Source: an uncultured Candidatus Saccharibacteria bacterium
Lineage (GTDB): Bacteria > Patescibacteriota > Minisyncoccia > Phycocordibacterales > XYD1-FULL-46-19
DNA length: 64,000 nucleotides
NCBI GenBank assembly: GCA_964639285.1
Contig: CAZXCI010000001.1
Location: forward strand, 219,757-283,756
Direction: 5' to 3'
A program made the position numbers and the translations under genes. A model generated the notes under the pieces. It had not been told where the DNA came from and did no database searches. It worked only from the letters and a program-made list of their open reading frames with translations. Positions 57,209-64,000 of this stretch are shown one piece after another; the first letter of the stretch is position 1; every line of letters starts with the position of its first letter.

Positions 57209-58475
57209 TGATAATTTTTTCTCTAATGTTATTAGTCAAATGGATTAGAAAATAGAGATTATGAACTGAGGCAAGTGTGCCGGCCAACATTTCCTTAGCG
57301 CGGAAGAGGTGGGCCAAGTAAGCGCGAGTGTAATGCTTACAAACATAACAACCGCAACCTTCCTCAATCGGAGTAAAATCTTCTTTATATTGAGCATTCA
57401 AGATATTTAGACGGCCATTTTTTGTAATTAACGTACCATTCCTAGCCATGCGGGTAGGAGTGACACAATCGAAAGTGTCGGCTCCATTTTTAATCCCCTC
57501 CACGATATCTTCAGATTCGCCAATGCCTAATAAATGTCTTGGTTTGTCTTCGGGCAAAAGAGCGGAGACCCAACCCACCGCTGTCCCCATGTCTTCTTTA
57601 TTAAAGGAGCCCCCAATGCCGAAGCCGTCGAAGTCCATTGCTCCAATCACCCTTGCCGATTCTTCTCGCAAATCTTGATGTCGCCCACCCTGAACAATGC
57701 CAAATAAGGCGGGTTGCGAAGAAGGTAAGAAGTCCCTATCAAAAACGTCTGGCCGAGCATCGCGAGGAGATCCGAGGACTTTTTGAGAGGGAGCTTCTTC
57801 CTTCTGAAGCAAACGTTTATGTTCAGCCAAACTTCTCTCCGCCCAACGGTGAGTTCTCTCCATCGCTTGCTTCTGATAATCATAGTCAGCAGAAGGTGAC
57901 GTGCATTCATCAAAAGCAAAAATAATATCCGCTCCCAAATTATGCTGAATCTGCATCGAACGTTCAGGGGTGAAGCGATGCTCACTCCCATCAATATGTG
58001 ATTTGAAAGTTACCCCTTCCTCATCAATCTTCGCCAGCTTGACAATAGGCTCACGATCGGAGTCTTCTTCGGCCTGCCCGCCTAAGTTTTGCTTAGCAAA
58101 ATTTTGGAGGGCAAATTTAGAAATCCCACCTTCACCGTATGCGGCCCCCAGAGAGAAAACTTGGAAACCGCCAGAGTCAGTCATCATTGGTCCGTGCCAA
58201 TTCATAAAATTATGCAGTCCACCCGCGCGAGCCACCAATTCATCGCCTGGTTGGAGATATAAGTGATAAGTGTTAGCGAGCACCACTTGCGCGCCAAGAT
58301 TATTGACCATCTCGGGCGTCAGAGCTTTAACTGTGGCCTTAGTTCCCACAGCAACAAAAGCCGGGGTCTGGATATCCCCGTGTGCCGTATGGATCACTCC
58401 GGCCCTGCCTGCGCAGGCAGGCCGGCCTAACTCACCTTTCATCTTCTTCTCAATTTTAAAACTAAAATCGCTCAC
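57192..58475 (-). CDS. tgt: queuine tRNA-guanine transglycosylase with three insertions
   Basis: LANTYHL, TDSGGFQVFSL, FGIVQGG and DTFDCV motifs; CxCxxC..H. Confidence 0.96.
   Translation of the reverse strand: MSDFSFKIEKKMKGELGRPACAGRAGVIHTAHGDIQTPAFVAVGTKATVKALTPEMVNNLGAQVVLANTYHLYLQPGDELVARAGGLHNFMNWHGPMMTDSGGFQVFSLGAAYGEGGISKFALQNFAKQNLGGQAEEDSDREPIVKLAKIDEEGVTFKSHIDGSEHRFTPERSMQIQHNLGADIIFAFDECTSPSADYDYQKQAMERTHRWAERSLAEHKRLLQKEEAPSQKVLGSPRDARPDVFDRDFLPSSQPALFGIVQGGRHQDLREESARVIGAMDFDGFGIGGSFNKEDMGTAVGWVSALLPEDKPRHLLGIGESEDIVEGIKNGADTFDCVTPTRMARNGTLITKNGRLNILNAQYKEDFTPIEEGCGCYVCKHYTRAYLAHLFRAKEMLAGTLASVHNLYFLIHLTNNIREKIINGQDF
57727..57799. repeat. long imperfect hairpin in tgt
   Basis: agaagtccctatcaaaaacgtc...gactttttgagagggagcttct. 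Confidence 0.7.
58073..58111. repeat. 39 bp CCTGCC-family hairpin in tgt
   Basis: cctgcccgcctaagttttgcttagcaaaattttggaggg. Confidence 0.65.
58404..58421. repeat. 18 bp perfect palindrome in tgt
   Basis: Identical to mnmA 24787-24804; read as PACAGR here and LPAQAG there. Confidence 0.85.
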
Positions 58476-58517
58476 GATCTGATATTAACATCTTGAGCGA
58501 TTTTAATGAAGTTTATC

Positions 58518-59519
58518 TTATTTCACTAGGTTCACCGGTGTGCCGGAGGCAAAACTTCTGACATTCTCAAGGGTTGTATTAACGATACGCAGCATAGCCT
58601 CCCAAGTGTTGAAGGCGTTGTGCGGAGTGACAATAACATTGGGCATATCAACCAAAATGTGGTTTTGCAAGACCGTACGGAGATTGTGTTCACCCGAACT
58701 TGGGGTGGTGAGATAAGTAAATTCATCTTTAGTCACCCCCTCTTCTTCTAAGACATCAAGACCAGCTCCCGCCAAGTGTCCATCTTTAAGACTCTTGAGT
58801 AAAGCATCTGTCTCGACTAAAGCCCCGCGAGCCGTATTGATGAGGTAAGCCCCTTTCTTCATCTTGGCCAAAGTGTCAGCGTTGATGAGGTGATGATTCT
58901 CTTCCATATAGGGCACATGTAGAGTCACAATATCAGCTTGCGCCAAGACCTCATCGAAAGTTAGATATTGGTAATCAAATTTCGCCCGATAGGCCTCATC
59001 GGGGAATTTGTCATAAGCGATAACCTTCATGTTGAAGCCTTTAGCAATCTCAATCACGTTCTTGCCAATCTTGCCGGTGCCAATCACACCCAACGTTTTC
59101 CCATTCAGGTCAAAACCGCGCATCCCCTCGAGGCTAAAGCTTCCTGTCTCTCTAATCCGATCATAGCTAGCAAAAATCTTACGTGACAGGGTGAGCATCA
59201 GGGCAAAGGCGTATTCGGCCACCGTCTCCTCACCATAACTCGGGACATTAGCCACCACGACTCCGTGAGCTTTGCAAAGGTCAAGATCAATATGATCAAA
59301 ACCGGTCGAGCGTGTCGAAATCATTTTGAGCTTGGGAAAATGAACGAGAACTTTCTCATTAATTACTGAATTCACAAAAACAGAAAGGATCTCCGCATCA
59401 TTCTCGGTCGGCAGAGTGTCTTCGGTCAAAATTCCATCAAGAAGTTCTGTCTCAGACAAATTTTGTTCCTGCAAATACTCCTTTTCCCATTTTTCTAACT
59501 CAAAAAATATTGTTTTCAT
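58518..59519 (-). CDS. D-2-hydroxyacid (D-lactate-type) dehydrogenase
   Basis: RSTGFDHID, GVIGTGKIG, INTARG and TPHNAF motifs. Confidence 0.9.
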   Translation of the reverse strand: MKTIFFELEKWEKEYLQEQNLSETELLDGILTEDTLPTENDAEILSVFVNSVINEKVLVHFPKLKMISTRSTGFDHIDLDLCKAHGVVVANVPSYGEETVAEYAFALMLTLSRKIFASYDRIRETGSFSLEGMRGFDLNGKTLGVIGTGKIGKNVIEIAKGFNMKVIAYDKFPDEAYRAKFDYQYLTFDEVLAQADIVTLHVPYMEENHHLINADTLAKMKKGAYLINTARGALVETDALLKSLKDGHLAGAGLDVLEEEGVTKDEFTYLTTPSSGEHNLRTVLQNHILVDMPNVIVTPHNAFNTWEAMLRIVNTTLENVRSFASGTPVNLVK

Positions 59520-59637
59520 CCCGTTAGAAACAGGTCGCGATCTTTAAATCACCACCCGTCATTATTTTATTATTTAATAATATCTTTAACATTTTAACTT
59601 TTATACACCATCCTAGCGATCGCGGTTTCTAACGGGA
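59520..59637. mobile_element. CCCGTTAGAAA inverted-repeat element abutting the dehydrogenase start codon
   Basis: cccgttagaaacaggtcgcgatc...gatcgcggtttctaacggga. Confidence 0.75.
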
Positions 59638-59646
59638 TTCATTTTT

Positions 59647-62094
59647 CTACTCTTGAACGCTCGAGTCCGGACCCGGATATTTCTTCTCCGCGGATTCGAT
59701 AATTGGAAGAGTTTTTATAACCGTATCAGGGTTAAGGGAGATACTTGAAATGCCGTTCTTGATCAGAAACTCAGCGTACTCTGGATAATCCGATGGCGCT
59801 TGGCCACAAATACCAATATACTTATTCTCTTTGCGGCAAGCACTAATCGCCACCTCAATCAATTTCTTTACCGACGGATGGTTCTCGTTAGCGATGTGAC
59901 TAATAATATTCGAATCACGATCAAGACCAAGAGTAAGTTGAGTTAAATCGTTAGAGCCAATCGACATCCCATCGAAGACCTCCAAAAATTCAGTGGCTTC
60001 AGTGACGTTTGAAGGGATCTCACACATGACATAGACCTTAAGCGACGGATCAGCCTTACGATCAAGTCCCGCTTCTTCCATAATAGCAACCACTTGGTTC
60101 GCCTCCTCAACGGTGCGACAAAAAGGAATCATAGGAATAATATTGAAGAGGCCCATTTCTTGGCGCGCCTTGTAGAGAGCCTTGCACTCAAGAGCAAAAG
60201 CTTTGCGGAACTTGGGGTCATAATAACGCGAAGCGCCTCTCCAACCAATCATCGGATTCTCCTCGTGAGGCTCATACATATCGCCTCCGATCAAAGTACT
60301 ATACTCGTTGGTCTTGAAATCGGAGAAGCGGATAATGACATCATGCGGATAGAAAGCGGCGGCGATAAGGGAAATGCCCTCAGCTAATTCGCCAACATAA
60401 TAATCTGTTTTATTTTTATATTCTTTGGCCAATTCATCAATCGCTTTTACCGCTTTCTTGGCTCGGGGATCCCGGCTAGTTTTTAGCTCTTTGTAGTCAA
60501 GCAACGCATTAGGGTGCACCTTGATATAAGAACTGATAATGAACTCTAGACGGCCAAGACCAACACCGGAGGTGGGTAAATGGAAATTGCGGAAGGCGTC
60601 TTCGGGCGAGCCAATATTTACCATTACTTTAGTCCTGGTTTTAGGCAAGCGATCAAGATGGTGTTCCTTAACCTCAAAATCGAGTTTTCCCTCATAAGCA
60701 ACTCCTTCTTTGCCTGACGAACAATCAACTGTCAGCAATTGGTTATTTTTCAGAACCTTAGTCGCGTTACCGGTTCCCACAATACAGGGGACACCGAGCT
60801 CACGAGAGACAATAGCGGCGTGGCTGGTGCGACCACCTTTCTCAGTGATAATGGCTGAAGCAATCTTCATGATGGGTTCCCAATCTGGATCGGTAATTTC
60901 TGTCACCAAGATCTCCCCCTTTTTGAAGGTATTCATCTGCTTAGCATCACGAATAATTCGAACCCGCCCTGAAGCAATCTTAGAACCAATAGCCGTCCCT
61001 TTAATCAGCTCTTTACTCTTGGGGCCAAGAACATATTCAGAGTAAACATTTTTGTCTGCTCCCGCGTGAATCGTTTCGGGTCGAGCTTGCACAATGTAGA
61101 GCTCCTTAGTTTTTCCATCTTTAGCCCATTCCATATCCATTGGCTGATAGCGATTATGCTTCTTCGAGAAATATTTTTCGATAGTCATCCCCCAAATTGC
61201 CAACTTATTGATCTCGTCATCAGTTAAGGCAAATTTCTCGAAATCGGCGGCTGGCACCTTCACCTGCTTAGTCCCCTTCTTGTCATAAATTAATTTTACA
61301 TCTTTCTTGCCCAGAGTCTTAGATAAAATTGCGTGATAACCTCGCTCAAGAGATGGTTTGAAAACGGTATATTCGTCTGGTGTAACCTTGCCCAAGACAA
61401 TCATCTCACCGAGGCCATAAGAAGCGTTAATAATCACAACTTTGTCGAAACCATTCTCAGTATCAATAGAGAACATTACACCAGAACAGCCAAGGTCACT
61501 TCGCACCATCTTCTGAACACCAACCGAGAGAAGAACATCAAACATGGAGAAACCTTTGTCGAAGCGATAAGAAATGGCCCGATTGGTGAAGAGTGAGGCC
61601 ATACACTTGCGCACCGAGAACATTAACTCCTTCTCATTATTAATATTTAGAAAAGTTTCTTGTTGGCCAGCAAAAGAGGCTCCGGGTAGATCTTCAGCCG
61701 TCGCCGAAGAACGCACGGCAACGTCAACATTGCGAGTATGATAACTTGAACTAAGTTGCTGATAAGCAGCAATAATTTCAACCTTTAATTCTTCGGGGAG
61801 TTCCTCGGCAATAATCATGTCACGAACCTTCTTCCCTCGTTTTTGCAAATCAGTAATATTGTGAGTATCAAGATCAGTAAGAACCTCTTTGATTCGTTGC
61901 TTCAGGCCCGTCTTGTCGAGAAAATAAGAGTAAGCGTACGCCGTAATGGCAAAACCATTGGGGACATTAACTCCCATCTGAACTAAATTATTAAACATTT
62001 CGCCAAGAGCGGCGTTCTTACCACCAACAAGAGGGATGTCAGAGATAGTGAGGTCCTTAAACCAGATAACAAATTCTTTTGATTTTTCCGTCAT
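59647..62094 (-). CDS. ppsA: phosphoenolpyruvate synthase
   Basis: VGGKNAALGEM, VRSSATAEDLPGASFAGQQET, GGRTSHAAIVSRE and SIGSNDLTQL motifs. Confidence 0.96.
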   Translation of the reverse strand: MTEKSKEFVIWFKDLTISDIPLVGGKNAALGEMFNNLVQMGVNVPNGFAITAYAYSYFLDKTGLKQRIKEVLTDLDTHNITDLQKRGKKVRDMIIAEELPEELKVEIIAAYQQLSSSYHTRNVDVAVRSSATAEDLPGASFAGQQETFLNINNEKELMFSVRKCMASLFTNRAISYRFDKGFSMFDVLLSVGVQKMVRSDLGCSGVMFSIDTENGFDKVVIINASYGLGEMIVLGKVTPDEYTVFKPSLERGYHAILSKTLGKKDVKLIYDKKGTKQVKVPAADFEKFALTDDEINKLAIWGMTIEKYFSKKHNRYQPMDMEWAKDGKTKELYIVQARPETIHAGADKNVYSEYVLGPKSKELIKGTAIGSKIASGRVRIIRDAKQMNTFKKGEILVTEITDPDWEPIMKIASAIITEKGGRTSHAAIVSRELGVPCIVGTGNATKVLKNNQLLTVDCSSGKEGVAYEGKLDFEVKEHHLDRLPKTRTKVMVNIGSPEDAFRNFHLPTSGVGLGRLEFIISSYIKVHPNALLDYKELKTSRDPRAKKAVKAIDELAKEYKNKTDYYVGELAEGISLIAAAFYPHDVIIRFSDFKTNEYSTLIGGDMYEPHEENPMIGWRGASRYYDPKFRKAFALECKALYKARQEMGLFNIIPMIPFCRTVEEANQVVAIMEEAGLDRKADPSLKVYVMCEIPSNVTEATEFLEVFDGMSIGSNDLTQLTLGLDRDSNIISHIANENHPSVKKLIEVAISACRKENKYIGICGQAPSDYPEYAEFLIKNGISSISLNPDTVIKTLPIIESAEKKYPGPDSSVQE

Positions 62095-62170
62095 AATTTA
62101 AAATTACTTATAATTAAGTTTTAATTGTAATAATGTTTTAATTATACAGGAACAAGGGAGAATAAACAAA

Positions 62171-62203
62171 AAATCCCCCCGGCCGGAGGCCGGGGGGATT
62201 TTT
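62171..62203 (-). terminator. intrinsic terminator
   Basis: aaatccccccggcc-gga-ggccggggggattt. Confidence 0.7.
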
Positions 62204-62209
62204 CTTGGA

Positions 62210-62368
62210 CTATTTGCCCCGATTGAAGACTTTGATCGGACGACTCTTGAAATTATTCTTGGTCGCCCAAGTTGCCTGATTCTCGATGTTCTTAGATCCA
62301 CGAAAACTAGAGGCAGTACGAAACTTCGGTTGACCTGGCTTATTGCCAACTTTCCCCGTATTTTTCAT
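62210..62368 (-). CDS. 52 aa basic small protein (not in the ORF track)
   Basis: MKNTGKVGNKPGQPKFRTASSFRGSKNIENQATWATKNNFKSRPIKVFNRGK; stop directly before the terminator. Confidence 0.45.
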   Translation of the reverse strand: MKNTGKVGNKPGQPKFRTASSFRGSKNIENQATWATKNNFKSRPIKVFNRGK

Positions 62369-62397
62369 GTTAATTTACAACGTTAGAGACAAAAATA

Positions 62398-63162
62398 TTA
62401 ATTTTTGAAGGCATCACGGAGATCAGCGATGGCTTTTTCATAAGCAGCACGAAATTCTTCTTGCGCTCTGGTTACGGCCATCTTACGAGTTTCAGTGCTT
62501 GAATTCACTGTCACCTTGGCCTTATCGATACCCTGAACAGCTTGCCTAAATTCCTCTCGAGCAGCCTTAATTCCCTCGTTGATGTTCCTTCGAATAACTT
62601 GAATATCAACACCATTGTCACAATCAGTTTTAGCTTTAGCCAAGAGGCCATCAACGGCTGCCTTAAAGGCTGTGCGAGCTGTCTCATTAGCCGTCTTTCT
62701 CAAAGAAAGAGCTTGGTCAACATTTTCACGATAAGCCTTCACGGCTTCATCAACAGCTAAACGATGAGTCTCGGTAATAGAAGCGAGTGTTGTGCGAAAG
62801 GCGGTGACGGCAATTTTCTGGTCACTCGTTGTTGCTCGAGCTTCTAACTTGGAGATACGTTCGTCACGATTAGCGTCAACTCTAGCTCGAATGCTAAGAC
62901 GTTTCTCATCAACATTTAAGCGATTTTCACTAATTTTCTTAAGTTGCTCGGCTTTCTTAATTTCGAATTTGGCTAATTGCTCGGACAAATTCTGATTTTG
63001 CTGGGTTAATTTATCGGTAATATTGACACAGAAATTATTGCCAACCTTGTTTGCTTTAGGCGTAGAAGTCGCAAAGGGACGTGCAAAAGAGGCAATCGGC
63101 AAAATTAAAGCACCAAGAACAAGGGCACTGACTAAAACTTTGAAATTGTTTTTATAATTCAT
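62398..63162 (-). CDS. secreted coiled-coil protein
   Basis: Signal peptide, long helical region, two Cys. Confidence 0.75.
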   Translation of the reverse strand: MNYKNNFKVLVSALVLGALILPIASFARPFATSTPKANKVGNNFCVNITDKLTQQNQNLSEQLAKFEIKKAEQLKKISENRLNVDEKRLSIRARVDANRDERISKLEARATTSDQKIAVTAFRTTLASITETHRLAVDEAVKAYRENVDQALSLRKTANETARTAFKAAVDGLLAKAKTDCDNGVDIQVIRRNINEGIKAAREEFRQAVQGIDKAKVTVNSSTETRKMAVTRAQEEFRAAYEKAIADLRDAFKN

Positions 63163-63454
63163 TTTGGTAAGTTTGGTTAATCTCATCTAATAATGAGTTG
63201 TTGTCGGTTAAAGCTGAAACGTTGGCGTCCCCCGAACGCAAGAGTTCTGTTTCCTCAGCTTGTTCCTGGTCCAGAGAAGAGAGGAGGCTATCAAGATCGA
63301 CATCGCCAGTTTTAGCAGAAGGATTGACTACTTTACCTGGCCAAAACGGTTCCTCTATTATATCTGCCGACTTAAAGTAGAAGTAGACAACCCCAGCTAA
63401 CAAAATTAAGACGATAACGACGAGAGAGACAATAATTTTTATAGTTTTGCTCAT
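63152..63454 (-). CDS. small membrane-anchored protein
   Basis: N-terminal TM and acidic tail. Confidence 0.65.
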   Translation of the reverse strand: MSKTIKIIVSLVVIVLILLAGVVYFYFKSADIIEEPFWPGKVVNPSAKTGDVDLDSLLSSLDQEQAEETELLRSGDANVSALTDNNSLLDEINQTYQNEL

Positions 63455-63507
63455 ATTAATAATTAAGATACTAATAATATACAAATCTACCTTTATCTTA
63501 TCACAAA

Positions 63508-63744
63508 CTAAGAACCAGCGCGATAGGAAGGGAGCCAGTCCATCACCCGACGACGATGTTTGTCAATTGTCCAGAGGCCACTTTTTTCGAAGAGGGAATC
63601 GTGGGTAACTTGAAATTCAAGAAGGGACTCTTTAGTTGCCCGGGGCATAGCTAAGGGAGTATTTTCATTATAGTAGGTCTTAAACTCGTCAAGAGACATC
63701 TCAACAAAATTTACCTCCTGTTCTTGCTTATAGTTATTCTTCAC
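63508..63744 (-). CDS. small hypothetical protein
   Basis: GTG 6 nt after TACAAT. Confidence 0.5.
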   Translation of the reverse strand: MKNNYKQEQEVNFVEMSLDEFKTYYNENTPLAMPRATKESLLEFQVTHDSLFEKSGLWTIDKHRRRVMDWLPSYRAGS

Positions 63745-63866
63745 TCCCCTATTGTAACACAAACTTACTACTTTTACAAATTTACCCTTGTTTATTTCTC
63801 CAGAAGGTCTAAACTGTAATCAGTATCTAAATCCTAAGTGTTCTTTTTTCATAAAAAGGAGGTAAC

Positions 63867-64000
63867 ATGTCTGGAGAAGACCGTCCTAGCGAAGAGATCT
63901 TAGAGCGCAACAGACTTCAAGCAGAAGACAGCAAGCAATATTACAGATTTGCCTGCCAGGTTATGGGGAAAGAATTGACCCCCAGCGAACTATTTGAGTT
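63867..64000 (+). CDS. 5' part of a hypothetical protein, truncated by the window edge
   Basis: SD AAGGAGGT then ATG TCT GGA GAA...; open to the edge. Confidence 0.5.
   Translation, partial: MSGEDRPSEEILERNRLQAEDSKQYYRFACQVMGKELTPSELFE

Noticed and set aside
1-64000. CRISPR array
   Set aside because: Repeats are dispersed hairpins, not regularly spaced direct repeats with spacers; no cas genes
1-64000. Alternative genetic code (TGA=Gly, as in some CPR lineages)
   Set aside because: Conserved genes are full length under code 11, and TGA ends genes such as the TrmB ORF at 2312

Overview
A 64 kb window from a small-genome bacterium. Gene content suggests Patescibacteria/CPR (Parcubacteria-like), and the standard code 11 fits. 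Most genes lie on the minus strand: pyrD, dnaJ, dnaK, grpE, the infA-rpmJ-rpsM-rpsK-rpsD-rpoA-rplQ-rplM-rpsI operon, alaS, mnmA, mltG, leuS, a MacAB/LolCDE-like exporter, ychF, two tRNA-Ala genes, ddl, a two-component pair, uvrC, uvrA, uvrB, tgt, a D-2-hydroxyacid dehydrogenase and ppsA. The most striking signal is a population of short palindromic elements from several families. They sit in-frame inside housekeeping genes (uvrA/B/C, tgt, mnmA, alaS, dnaK, pyrD, ychF), inside one another, and inside a tRNA remnant. A REP-associated HUH tyrosine transposase (RAYT-like) flanked by one of these families is also present. A distinct family, CCCGTTAGAAA...TTTCTAACGGG, abuts the start codons of dnaJ, uvrA and the dehydrogenase gene and creates short upstream ORFs. 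Other highlights are a TrmB/ThiF/nitroreductase/CoA-ligase/aminotransferase/TyrRS cluster (possible aromatic amino acid-derived metabolite or signal), an alpha/beta-hydrolase domain inserted into LeuRS, an unannotated bL33-like zinc-ribbon mini-gene, an NYN nuclease between duplicated tRNA-upstream sequences, and two candidate small RNAs. Core genes look leaderless, whereas orphan genes form self-contained cassettes with Shine-Dalgarno sites. All calls come from reading the sequence; no searches were run.
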